Source: Dendrobates tinctorius
Taxonomy: Eukaryota
DNA: 64,000 nucleotides
Assembly (NCBI RefSeq): GCF_039654945.1
Contig: NW_027361829.1
Span: 40,734,001 to 40,798,000, forward strand
Direction of reading: 5' to 3'
The stretch's first letter is position 1. Each line of letters opens with the position of its first letter. The notes under the pieces are model-generated. The model was given only the letters and a program-made list of their open reading frames with translations. It was not told where the DNA came from and ran no database searches. The position numbers and the translations under genes are program-made. Positions 1 to 11,689 of this stretch are shown here, one piece after another.

Positions 1-50
1 CAGGTGTGCGTTTTTTTCCAGCGCTAAAAAACGCAAATGTGAAACCAGCC
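1..50. mobile_element. Right end of a PIF/Harbinger-type MITE (same family as 8989-10236)
   Basis: Bases 1-50 are identical to 10187-10236 and end in TIR ...TGTGAAACCAGCC. Confidence 0.85.
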
Positions 51-448
51 TGAGTATGGTTTTTTATCAACACGCTTCTTGCGACCCTGTTGTCTATTTG
101 CCATGAAACGCTTGATTGTTCAGTGATCACACTTCAAAAGTTTGGCAATTTCAAGACTGCTGCATCCTTCTGCAAGACATCTCACAATTTTTGACTTTTC
201 AGGGTCCGTCAAATCTCTCTTCTGACCCATTTTGCCAAAGGAAAGGAAGTTGCCTAATAATTAAGCACACCTTATATAGGTTTTTGATATCATTAGACCA
301 TACCCCTCCTCATTACAGAGATGCAAATCACCTGATTTTCATAATTGGCAGTTGGCTTTCAAGCCTATACAGCTTGGAGTAGGACAACATGTATAAAAAG
401 GATGATGTGATTAAAAGACTCATTTGCCTAATAATTCTGCACCCAGTG
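51..448 (-). mobile_element. Tc1-like transposon, 5' end with degenerate transposase N-terminus
   Basis: Minus strand from 230: MGQKRDLTDPEKSKIVRCLAEGCSSLEIAKLLKCDH*TIKRF (paired-like HTH). Terminus TA|CACTGGGTGCAGAATTATTAGGCAA with an inner repeat near 250-265. Confidence 0.85.
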
Positions 449-714
449 TATAAAACATAAATATTGCGTTCCATGGTCGGTGTTCAATTTGAGTGATATG
501 AATGTAATATTGCATTTCTCCTGCGGCAGCTGTTATGTGGAATTACTGCTAATCGTGTGTATTAATCGCTGTCATAAATATTACCTGACTTCTCTGGGTC
601 CTACATTTGAAACTTTACACTATTAGGAGAAGTTTGGCCCAGACAACTTTTCCCCCCCAATTCATTCTGTTGATTTGTCATTGTCATTTGGCTTGTCGTT
701 GGCCCTCTCCATTA

Positions 715-927
715 GGCCTCATTCAGATGTCCGTTTTTGTCCAATATCCCGAATGAAAAGTACAAGTCTATGGATGGCATTAGCATACAGCCTGTATTTA
801 ACATTGCCTCAGATAGGAGAAAGTTTGTAATTTATTTATCCATCTGTGACTATCACTGATCCAAAACACTGGTGACACTGATGCCATTTTTCATTTACGT
901 TTTTAAACAGACATGTGACTGAGACCC
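715..927. mobile_element. Degenerate Harbinger-type MITE
   Basis: Imperfect TIRs GGCCTCATTCAGATGTCCGTTT / AAACAGACATGTGACTGAGACCC, flanked by TTA/TAA. Confidence 0.55.
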
Positions 928-1228
928 TAAAGTGTGTGTAGGTTACCGAATATGCTGAGGCACAGCTTTCGGCGCTTTCCTAGGCTTCATAAGCTTTGAC
1001 ACAGCAGCACAACCATACAAGTGCCTGTGCCTGGTACTTCAGCTCGGTCCCATTCAAGGCTGTCAGTATTTAAATTTGGAAAATGTCTTCAAAATTGGTC
1101 TTTTCACCTGAGCAGTGTACGGCATAAAGTATCACTGCAAGATTTATTTTGGTATAATTCAAGCACTGTGCCCACCATCATTCATTAGAACCAAGTGGCA
1201 GTGGTGCCAAGACAAAACAAGCTCCTTA

Positions 1229-1652
1229 AGGGCCTGTCACACTAAGCGATTTCGCTAGCAATATCGCTATAACGTCACTGGTTTTTGTGACGTTATAGCG
1301 ATATTGCTAGCTGGTGCATCGCTAAGTTGTCGCTAGTGAGCTGCCGCACAGGCAGATCTCGCCAGCGACATCGCAGGGGTCGGGGGTTGCTACTTACCTG
1401 TCAGACGTGGCGATCCTGATGTCCTCCCGCCCGCGTCCACGCGTCGCTCGTCGGCGCCACAGGAAGCCCAGCAGGAAGCTGACGACGAGAAATGATCCAG
1501 GACGTTCTCACGCAATCAACGATAATCAGCAGGGGAGCGGTCAGAGGTAAGTATCAGACATAGCGATATTGCTAGCAATATTGCTGCTACGTCACAAAAC
1601 AAGTGACGTTATAGCGATATTGCTAGCGATATCGCTTAGTGTGACAGGCCCT
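1229..1652. mobile_element. Palindromic MITE with TTA target duplication
   Basis: TTA|AGGGCCTGTCACACTAAGCGAT...ATCGCTTAGTGTGACAGGCCCT|TTA with long near-perfect TIRs. Confidence 0.9.
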
Positions 1653-2105
1653 TTACCCTACACCATACAGTACCCGCCAAAAGTTCCGACACACCTGCTC
1701 CTACAATGGCTTTCCTTGTTGTTATTGGAATGTGCACACTGTAGATTCGAACTGAGGGCAGCAAAACCACAAAGTGACACATGAATACAAGGAAAACGTG
1801 AAACTATGGATGATATGTTAACCCATAGATTTGTCTAAGATCCCCCCCCCCCTTTTTTACACATTCTTGGCATTCTCTGAAACAGCTTTATCAGGTATCC
1901 ACAAGGAACTCCTTCTAATGAACAGTCTTGCCACTCCCAAGAGCTCATTTGTGGAATTACCTGCCTTCAGAAAGTGTTTGTGACCACCATTTGTGTCCAT
2001 ATAGCGCTGAACCTTCTTCCACAACTATTGTAAGCCAGAATATGGCAAGAATCACTCAACAGTCCATCATTACTTCTTAAAGTAATATTTCTTCAGATAT
2101 TCTAA

Positions 2106-2343
2106 GGGTATGTACACACGTTGCGGATTTTGATACGGCTCTTGATGCGGATCAGCAGCGGTTTTGGACGCGTGAAATTGCATCAAATCCGCAGTGTAGT
2201 GCACAGTCTCTCTCTCTATTTGTTCATCTCTCCATACAAGCCGCAAGAAGTCTGCATCAATTCCGCATGAAATCCACAAGCATTTTGGCCTGCGTTCTCC
2301 GCAGAAAATTCTGCAGGCTAATCTGCAACATGTGCACATACCC
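2106..2343. mobile_element. Harbinger-type MITE
   Basis: TIRs GGGTATGTACACACGTTGCGG / CTGCAACATGTGCACATACCC; related to 3154-3441. Confidence 0.8.
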
Positions 2344-2581
2344 TGAAGGTTTCATTTACATTTTTAATTGAAAAATTTCTTTCAGAGGATTAATCAATTT
2401 ATGCTTAGTATTATCATTACAAATGAAGAAAAATGTCTTTTGTTGAAAGGCAGAAAGGTTTACATACTTTGGGATTTTTAAATGTGTGATAGTAACCATT
2501 AAAATATTACAATACAACAAAAAAAAAAACTTGCTGGTCTTCTACTAAAGTACTTTTTTTTTTCAACTTCAATCTCCATAG

Positions 2582-2620
2582 GACACGATGTCTCATGAGG
2601 AATCCACGGAAGAATCTGAT
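2582..2620 (+). CDS. VPS41: VPS41 (HOPS complex subunit) coding exon, equivalent to human exon 2
   Basis: Polypyrimidine tract + ...ctccatAG | 39 bp GACACGATG...GAATCTGAT | GTGAGT. Phase 0/0, translates DTMSHEESTEESD, same length and acidic pattern as human ETGSLEESTDESE. Joins in frame to the exon at 39717. Confidence 0.85.
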
Positions 2621-2721
2621 GTGAGTCATTATAAATTTCAGTGTGTAATTCCATTTTAAAGGGAGCCTGTTAGCAGGATTATGCATAGTAACCTACAGAC
2701 AGTGTCAGGTTGACGCCGTTA

Positions 2722-3109
2722 GGCTGGGTTTGCATTGCGTTAGGGCATCCGTTTAACGGATCCGTTAAACGGATGCGCTAACGCTAATGTCACTTTTGTG
2801 CACTTTAGCGCCATAGCGCTAACGGTATGCGTTAACGCATGGTAGCGCTACGGTACCAAGCGCTACCATGCTTTAGCTCATACCATCCTATGCACAGCGA
2901 ACGGGTCCGTTCGCTGTGCGTTATTGTCAATGCACCCAAAAATGCTGCAAGCAGCGTTCGAGGGTGCGTTAGGAAATAACGCATACTTGCTAACGCATGC
3001 CAATTTCGGCATACTTTAGTATGCGTTATTTGCATTGCGGTCAATGGGTGCGCTAACGTATCTGTTAGATAGCGTTAACGGCGCTATCTAGCGCAATGTG
3101 AACCCAGCC
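2722..3109. mobile_element. Harbinger-type MITE nested in Kolobok element
   Basis: TTA|GGCTGGGTTTGCATTGCG...CGCAATGTGAACCCAGCC|TTA. Confidence 0.9.
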
Positions 3110-3153
3110 TTAGACTGAATAAAATGATACCTTGGTTGATGAAATCCATCTTA

Positions 3154-3441
3154 GGGTGTGTGCACACGTTGCGGTTTTTGCTGCGGATCCGGTCCCGCGG
3201 ATCCGCAGCAGTTTCCATGCGGTTTACAGTACCATGTAAACATATGGAAAACCAAATCTGCTGTGCACATGCTGCAGAAAATTCCGCGCAGATTTGCTGT
3301 GGTTTATTTTCCGCAGCATGTTACTTCTTTTTTGCGGAACCGCAGCTGCAGTCTTTGTTCCGGGATATACATCTCTCCCTCTCTCTCCCACAATCCGCAC
3401 TGCAAAAGCCGCAGACAAATCCGCAACATGTGCACACACCC
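3154..3441. mobile_element. Harbinger-type MITE nested in Kolobok element
   Basis: TTA|GGGTGTGTGCACACGTTGCGG...CCGCAACATGTGCACACACCC|TTA. Confidence 0.9.
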
Positions 3442-4471
3442 TTATGGTTATTCTTTAATCTTTATTTTCAGTTTTGTGTTAATGATATGCCCGTGCCCTA
3501 AGGCGAGGCTGGGGTATGTGGTGCTCTGATTAGATATTCATAATGCAGACTGCTGACGGGTCACTCACCCCTCACTGACCTGCCCCCTAGTTTGCATAAT
3601 GAATACCTCCACATATGGAATAAGAAAAAACTCCAGCCGTGGCACCTGCTCTGCAGCAAAATCTCATGTTTTATGTGCCAATAATACGTTTTATTCAAGT
3701 TATTCAGCTAGAAGAAAGAAAAAAAAAATAATTTGAAATTGGCTTCCGCCGCGCCTGTGCAGTAGCAGCTATCGGTGTAGCGGTGATTTGATAGCTGCTA
3801 CTGCGCATGCGCTGGCGGCACCATCTTACTGGAGAAGAAAAAAAAATTCCTCCTCCAAGATGGCGCATGTGCAGCAGCAGTACTGAGAGATAGCTGAGAG
3901 CTGCTACTGCGCGTGCGCGGGCGGCACCTTCTTGGAGGAGGATTTTTTTTCTTCTCCAGTAAGATGGTGCCGCCATCGCATGCGCCGTAGCAGCTATCGG
4001 ACCACAGCTAGACACTTATAGCAGCTACTGCGCAGGTGCGGCGGGCGCCATTTTCAAATTGACTTTTATCTTTCCTCTAGCTGAATAACTTGAATAAAAT
4101 GTATTATTGGCACACAAAACATGCGATTTTGCTGCAGAGTAGGTGCTTGCAGAAAGTATTTTTTTTGTTAACGTATGTACTGATATTTATTAATGTAAAT
4201 CAAGAGCACCACATACCCCAGCCTCGCCTTAGGACATGAGAATTAACATAAAACTGAAAATAAAGATTAAAGAACAACCACAAGATGGATTTAATCACCC
4301 AATGCATAATTTTAATCTGTATAGCAGCGCTGACCTGACATCGTGTGTAGGTTACTGTGCACAATCCTTCTGACAGGATTCCCTTTAAAGCGAACCTGTC
4401 AGCAGTTTTGGCCTATATATGATGCGGTCACTGCCTTTCAGGGCTTATCTACAGCATTCTATAATGCTGTA

Positions 4472-7400
4472 TGCATCTCATTCAACTCCTGCATTGATCC
4501 TGCATGTATTCACTATATTATATGCCAGCAAGCAGCCTCTAATGGTATCCATCTCTGCTTGCTGTCTGCGGTCTGTCATCTGCCGCTTTACCATCTATCA
4601 ACACATCTTAATGTGCCTGCTAAATCATTGGTATTATTCATTTGTTGTATTGTACTCAATGCTCACTGTTGTATATCCATGACTGGGGTCACTCTAGATA
4701 TTATCTGGTGGAAGGTGCTATAGCATATAGATGTAGCCATGCCCAATGTCTTTGATCATCTAATCACTCGCTGGTGTGCTGGCCCCATCTGCCAAATTAT
4801 CCCAATCCAGCTCCCACAATCCGTCTCTCCTGACCCTGTAGTGTGGGTTATATGTTTAGAAACATTCTAAGGGGTGCACACGCGTGGGGTTGCACGCATC
4901 CCATAAGCAAAGCATCACGGAAGCTAAGCATCAAGAAAAAGCAGTTATTCCATGGCAGTTAGTCAGGGCAGGAGACAGGTAGCCCAAACTTTGCTCTCCC
5001 TTTTAGCCATATGCTTTATTTCTATCCTCCTGTGTTCCCTTGCCATCCACATTCACTGCCCCATCCCCCTCCATCATGACTCATACACATCAGCCCCTCT
5101 ATACTTCCCTCTCCCATGTACAGCTTCCATGCACGTCTCCCCTTCTTGAAAAAACTCAATCCATCTTTCCCAAACACATCGCCCAAAACAATTTCTTACA
5201 ATTCAAATAACTACTTGCTGTTTATCTTCCCACTTCTGCTGATCACAAGGGACATCTCCCCCAACCATGGTCCACCATCCCCCAACCTCAACCCCTACCC
5301 CACCTCACATCGAAACCTTACTAACCTTATTAATATTAGTTGCACTCCTTCATTTCCTTCTTTTAATTGTGCCCTCTGGAATCCACAGTCTGTATGTAAC
5401 AAACTTCCTTTCCTACAAATTACTTTCTGAACAACGCTCTCCATCTGTTGGCCTTCATGGAAACCTGGATTCAGGATTCTGACACTGTCTCCCCTGCTGC
5501 CATTTCCCATGGTGGCTTACAATTCTTCCATTCCCCAAGACCCACAAACAGAAATGGTGGTGGAGTCGGCATACTCCTGTCCCCACAATGCACTTTCCAG
5601 GACATCCCCCCCCCCCCCCCCCCAATTGCATCACTCTCATTCCCTTCTTTTGAGGTCCACACCATCAGGCTCTTCCGTCCCCTCTCCCTCAGAGCAACAG
5701 TCATATACCGGCCCCCAGGCTCACCCACACACTTCCTTTACCATTTCTCTTCCTGCCTGCCGCACTTCAAGTCCTCAGAACGCCCAACCCTTATCCTGCG
5801 AAATTTCAACATCCCCATTAACAGCCCCACTTCCACATCTGCATCCCAGCTTTTATCACTATCCACTTCTCTCGGCCTCTCACCCTTTGCAACCTCTGAA
5901 ACACACAAAGACAGTAACACCCTTGACCTGGTCTTTGTCCGGCTCTGTTCAATTTCCTACCTAGATAACTCACCGCTTCCACTCTCTGACTACAACATTG
6001 TCTCCTTCATGCTCACAAATCCTCGCCCACCCCAGCACACTCCTACCTACCACACATTCAGAAATCTACAAGCCATTAACCCTCATACACTTTCAGACTC
6101 CCTACACTCATCATTGTCCCCAATCTTCTCTTTTTTTCTGTCCTGATCTGGCTGTACATCATTACAACAACACTCTTAGAAGCACCCTTGACCAAGTAGC
6201 TTCCCCCCCACCCCTAGAACCACCAAGCACAGAGTAAAACATCCCTGGCTCACATCACAATCCCGATTTCTCCAGCGATGCTCTAGGTGTGCTGAACGCT
6301 TATGGAGGAAAACTCGCACACCAGAAGACTTCTTCCACTTCAAATTTATGTTAAGAACCTATTACTCTGCCTTTCACCTCGCCAAACAGACATACTTCAC
6401 TACCCTGATCTCCTCACTATCTAACAATCCCAAGAAACTTTTTGACACTTTTCACTCCCTCCTCAGGCCGAAAGCACAAGCCCCTATCACAGACATTTGT
6501 GCTGACGACCTGGCCTTCCACTTCATGGAGAAAATAGATAATATCTGTCAGGAAATCTGTTCCCAGCCCCCAGGGGTGTGACTCCCATCCCATCCTGCAT
6601 TTCCCCTGGCTCACTCTCGGCATTCAATCTCATCACAGACGAAGTCTCCAGATTCCTCTCTTCTCGTCTGACTACATGCACTTCCGACCCCATTCCCTCA
6701 CATCTCCTCCAGTCTCTCTCCAGTCGTCACAACTCACCTAACTACAATCTTTAATTCCTCCCTCTCTGGCATTTTCCCCTCCTCCTTCAAACACTCTATC
6801 ATTACTCCATTTCTAAAGAAACTCGCTCTCGACCCATGCTGCACAAACAACTACAGACCAGTCTCTAATCTCCCCTTCATCTCTAAACTCTTGGAGCGCC
6901 TGGTCTACTCCCACCTTACCCGTTAGCTTTCCACTCACTCCCTCCTAGACCCTTCACAGTCCGGCTTCCGCCCCCTACATTCGACAGAAACTGCACTCAT
7001 CAAAGTGACCAGCGACCTTCTAACAGCAAAATGTAACGGTGACCACTCTCTGCTCATTCTTCTCGATCTTTTTGCAGCTTTCGACACTGTTGACCACCAC
7101 CTGCTTTCTAGGCTCCAGTCACTAGGCATTAAGGACGCTGCTCTCTCCTGGTTCTTTTCCTATCTTTATGACCGCTCCTTCAGTATTCTGTTCGCTGGCT
7201 CGACTTCATCTCCTCTTCCTCTCGCTGTCGGGGTACCTCAGGGCTCAGTCCTTGGCCCCCTTCTCTTCTCTCTCTACACGGCCCCAGTTGAACAGACCAT
7301 CAGCAGACTTGGCTTTCAGTACCATTTTTATGCTGATGACACACAACTATACACGTCATCCCCTGACCTTACCCCTGCTGTACTACAGAACGCCAGTGAC

Positions 7401-8469
7401 TGTCCGCAGTCTCCAACATCATGTCTGCTCTCTATCTGAAGTTCAAACTTTCCAAAACTGAACAACTTCTGCTCCCGCCGTCTACTAACCTCTCTAAATC
7501 TGACATTTTTCTCTCGGTGGATGGCACTATAATAACATCCCGGCAGCAGGCGCGCTGTCTGGGTGTTATGTTTGACACCAATCTCTCCTTCACCTCCCAT
7601 ATACAATCTCTTGCCCACTCTTGCCGCTTACACCTAAAGAACATCTCTAGAATCCGCCCTTTTCTCACCATGGAAACAATAAAAACCCTCATTGTCGCCC
7701 TGATCCACTCCTGCCTGGACTACTGTAATGCTCTATTAATTGGCCTCCCCCTCACACGACTTTCCCCTCTCCAGTCCATCCTTAATGCAGCAGCCAGGGT
7801 CGTCCACCTGGCTAATCGGTACTCGGAGGCGTCCGCTCTTCGCTAGTCGTTACACTGGCTGCCCATTCATTATAGGATCCAATTCAAAGTACTTGTTCTC
7901 ACCCACAAAGCTGTCCACAGTGCGACACCCCCTTACATCTCCTCCCTCATTTCTGTCTATCGGCCTAACCGATCGCTGCGCTCTGCAAACGACTTTCGAC
8001 TAACCTCTGCACTAATCCGTACCTCCCACTCCCGTCTCCAAGGCTTCTCCTGCGTTGCGCCAATCCTCTGGAATGTTCTACCCCAAGAAATTTAGGACCA
8101 GCCACAACTTGCACAGTTTTAAGCGCTCCTTCAAAACACATTTGTTTAGAGCAGCCTGTCACGTTCCCTAATCAAAGTTATTTTATGTGTAAGTGTGCGT
8201 GTGTAGCCCATTCACTATCTCTATATATCCCCCACCCCCTCAAGATAGCTGGACCATCATTGTAAATACATCATTGTAAATACACACCTGTACTTTGTAT
8301 CTCCCCCACCTCTTTGTAGATCGTAAGCTCTCACAAGCAGGGTTGTTTAATTTTGCTTTAATAATTATATTATTGTTAACGTTACTTATGACTGTTGTGT
8401 TTGAAACTGTTTAACTATAAAGCGCTGCGGAGTATGTTGGCGCTATATAAATAAAGATTATTACTATTA
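4472..8469 (+). mobile_element. L2-clade non-LTR retrotransposon, near full length, degraded
   Basis: APE endonuclease motifs (ETW, GGGVG, YRPP, NTLDLVF), RT motifs ([25 protein letters not shown]), and a typical L2 3' end (...AAGCGCTGCGGAGTATGTTGGCGCTATATAAATAAAG + ATT-type tail). Confidence 0.93.
5116..8170 (+). pseudogene. L2 endonuclease/reverse transcriptase ORF, frameshifted
   Basis: Fragments in ORFs 5116-5430, 5448-6146, 6348-6581, 7005-7439 and 7421-7846, separated by frameshifts and stops. Confidence 0.9.
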
Positions 8470-8988
8470 GATAAGCCCCTCATCTGACCTGAAAGATAAG
8501 AAAAATAAGCTTTATTATACTCACCTGGGGGGCGGTCCGGTGCGATGGGTGTCGCAGGTCCGAGTCCGGCGCCTCCCATCTTCTTGCGACGTCGTCCTCC
8601 TGCTTGATTCCTCGCTCCCGGCATCGCACTTCTGTGCAGGCGTATTTCTCTGCCCTGGTGAGGGCAGAGCAAAGTACTGCAGTGCGCAGGCATCGGGAAA
8701 GGTCAGAGAGGCTCAGCGCCTGCAGTACTTTGCTCTGCCCTAAACAGGGCAGATAAGTAAGCCTGCGCAGGAGTTAGATGCCGAGGATCGATGAAGCAAG
8801 CAGGAGGGCTGCGATCAAAAGAAGATGGGAGGATCCGGACCTGCGACACCCTTCAGACCGGACTGCATCGGCCCGCACCACTGGGTGGTGAGTATAATAA
8901 AACTTATTTTTTTATCTTGGACTGGGGGCTTATCTACAGCATTATAGAATGCTATAGATAAGCCCTGAAAGGCGGTGGGTGCATCTTA

Positions 8989-10236
8989 GGCTAGTTTCAC
9001 ACTTGCTTTTTTTTGCAGCGCGTTTTTCCCGCAAAAAAACGCATTGAAAAAACGCATACATAAGCATACAACTGCTGCGTTTTTTTTCAAGCATTTTTAT
9101 GAGCATGCATGAAAAAAACGCAGCGTTTTTATGCGTTTGTATGCGTTTTTAGCGCGTTTTTACCGCGTTTGCGTTTTTTTCCAACATTTTTAGGTGGCCC
9201 CTCACACTACCCAAACCATGACTTTACTAACCCTAACCCTGACCCTAACCCTAACCCTTAACCAAATCATACTTAACCCTAACCCAAACCCTAAACCCTA
9301 ACTAACCCTGACCCTAACCCTAACCCTGACCCTGACCCTAACCCTTAACAAAACCATACTTAACCCTAACCCTAACCCTGACCCTGACCCTAACCCTTAA
9401 CCAAACCATACTTAACCCTAATCCTGACCCTAACCCTGACCCTAACCCTAACCCTGACCCTAACCCTTAACAAAACCCTACTAACCCTAATCCTGACCCT
9501 AACCCTGACCCTAATCCTTAACAAAACCATACTTAACCCTAATCCTGACCCTAACCCTGACCCTAACCCTAACCCTGACCCTAACCCTAACCCTAACCCT
9601 GACCCTAACCCTTAACAAAACCATACTTAACCCTAATCCTGACCCTAACCATGACCCTAATCCTTAACAAAACCATACTTAACCCTAATCCTGACCCTAA
9701 CCCTGACCCTAACCCTAACCCTAACCCTGACCCTAACCCTTAACAAAACCATACTTAACCCTAATCCTGACCCTAACCATGACCCTAATCCTTAACAAAA
9801 CCATACTTAACCCTAACCCTGACCCCAACCCTAACCCTGACCCTGACCATAACCCTAACCCTAAACCCCCTTAACTAACCCTAACTCTAACCCAAACCCC
9901 TAAATTCCATGGTTTAAAAAAAAAAACGCATATGCAAAAAAACGCATACATGAGCATGACAGTGCGCACATATGCGCATCCATAGGCTATAATGGCCATT
10001 TTTAGCGCAAAACGTGCGCATATGTGCGCATGCGCTTTTTTGCAGGGCCAAAAAATGCAACATGCTGCGTCTGGAAAATCCCAACGCACACCCCAAAAAA
10101 ACGCAGCGCATGAAAATCGCATACATGCGCTTACCAGCGCGCAGGTATGCGCACCCATGTTAAATATAGGGGAAAAAACGCATGCGCAGGTGTGCGTTTT
10201 TTTCCAGCGCTAAAAAACGCAAATGTGAAACCAGCC
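8989..10236. mobile_element. Harbinger-type MITE carrying a telomere-like repeat array
   Basis: TTA|GGCTAGTTTCACACTTGC...GCAAATGTGAAACCAGCC|TTA, with subterminal AAAAACGCA/TGCGTTTTT motifs. Confidence 0.9.
9228..9903 (+). repeat. Interstitial telomere-like array (CCCTAA/CCCTGA variants with recurring CTTAACAAAACCATACTTAA spacer)
   Basis: Directly visible tandem CCCTAA units. Confidence 0.95.
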
Positions 10237-10289
10237 TTACATTGGCCAAACCTGATGACAGGTTCCCTTTTAAATATCTCTAATATTGC

Positions 10290-10893
10290 GGTTCTGTCTT
10301 CAGCTAAATGAACGGGATTACATAGCTTATACGGGCAGCTAAACCGCTATACCGGGGGTCCAATAAGAAGACTGTAGGTTGAATTTGTGCTTTATTGAAC
10401 GTGATGGTATATTGGGCGGTGAAACTACAAGCAAACATACAATACAATCAATCAGTATGGGTACATAAAAATACATAATATACATTATACAGATTACCTG
10501 CGCTAACGGCTAACCAGGGGGAACTAAGGAAGGTGATCTAGGACAGGGATAGATGTGGGAGCGTGATTACTCACCGACGATGCTGACGCAGGAGGAGAAG
10601 AGGGATGTGGTGTTTCCAGTATGCAAGCCTGATAGAAAATGGCAGACTGGGCTAAAAAAAAGGGGCTGGATTAGACCAAGATGCCTTGTAAACTTACCCA
10701 TTGCAGATTGGAGGGAAATCAAGAAAGAAAATGAAACTAAGGTACAATGATACTGTAGTTATTTTTTTTATTTTTGGCCACTAGATGGAGCCAAAACAGT
10801 GAAAATCAGAATCTGTGGCAAACCGAGCATTATCACTGACTTTGTTATCAAAATAGACATTCAAGAGTCATTAATTATGTCGGAGACAGAACA
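10290..10893 (-). repeat. 3' LTR of BEL element
   Basis: Direct repeat of 22460-23064. Confidence 0.95.
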
Positions 10894-11578
10894 CTCCCCG
10901 TCTGGCATTGACCAGATGCCACTATTCCCATCCTCTGAAGACAACAATAGGACAAGCTCAGTCACTGGTCTGGAAAATGTCTTAGGTCCATCTCCTTTGG
11001 CCATCCTGAGTTCGACTTTGCGGACATTGCCAACTTTACTCAGGAATGTAGCAGTCACTAGTCCAAGTGGCCACAGGGTTCGATGGGCCTGACAGTCTTT
11101 TACAAGGACGAGGTCACCAATCTGAAGATTGGGCCTGGTAGATTGCTACTTCCTCCGTGGCTGCAGGGTAGACAAGTATTGTTTGCGCCACCTGTCCCAG
11201 AATGTAATTGCAAGACTTTGTACCTGTCTCCATTGGCGCTTGTAGAGGTCCTTAGCGTCGAATCCTCCTGGAGGGGCATTGAATAGTCCTGTTTTCTGGG
11301 TGAGGAGAGTAACTGGAGTCAATGCATGAAGTGTAGACACCTGAGGGCAGATTTCAGCACCTACACCTCTCTCATAAGTTCAAAGGTGTCTGGACAACGT
11401 TCCTCAGTATACAGTAGTTTTGGTCCTGAGAGCCATGTTGTGCTCTCTAGTCGACATGTGTTGACTGCACTAGTTGCATGATCTGCAGGGTTTTGGTCCA
11501 TGGGGATGTAATGCCACCGTTTTGGATGAACGGATATCCTAATTCGTGGCACTCTGTTGTTGACATAAACGTAGAATC

Positions 11579-11689
11579 CCAGTAAAGATAAAGAAGAGCA
11601 GCATCCAGTCCAGGTGAAAGAGTATATGAAAATTTATTCAGCCATGAAACTGCGACGTTTCGGCCATCAAATGGCCTTTTTCAAGCATG
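11579..11689 (-). mobile_element. 111-bp Penelope-type insertion in BEL pol
   Basis: Flanked by a 12-bp duplication AAACGTAGAATC (11567-11578 / 11690-11701). Removing it restores ...YNETR*FYVYVNNRV. Contains a hammerhead-like motif followed by AATAAA. Confidence 0.8.
11651..11687 (-). ncRNA. Minimal hammerhead-ribozyme-like motif (variant core)
   Basis: Minus strand TGC-TTGAAAAA-GGCCAT-TTG-ATGGCC-GAAACGTC-GCA: perfect stem II, GAAA, palindromic ACGT stem III, GUC site. Confidence 0.65.

Larger units (their letters stand above)
2660..4384. mobile_element. Kolobok/T2-type non-autonomous DNA transposon (palindromic), with two nested MITEs
   Basis: TTAA|AGGGAGCCTGTTAGCAGGATT...AATCCTTCTGACAGGATTCCCT|TTAA; the internal arms are long inverted repeats. 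Confidence 0.85.
4389..10268. mobile_element. Second Kolobok/T2-type MITE, split by the L2 LINE and the telomere-repeat MITE
   Basis: Starts immediately after the TTAA at 4385-4388 (AGCGAACCTGTCAGCAG), resumes at 8470 and 10240, and ends CTGATGACAGGTTCCCT. Arms are inverted repeats (e.g. CTTATCTACAGCATTCTATAATGCTGTA). Confidence 0.8.

Noticed and set aside
1810-2480. Old Tc1 deletion derivative around the 2106 MITE
   Set aside because: Resemblance only; no termini or TSD could be fixed.
4735-4905. HDV-like ribozyme or structured leader at the L2 5' end
   Set aside because: Some hairpins are visible, but I could not fit the nested double-pseudoknot.
9228-9903. True telomere or chromosome-fusion scar
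   Set aside because: Degenerate and enclosed by MITE TIRs and TSD inside an intron.
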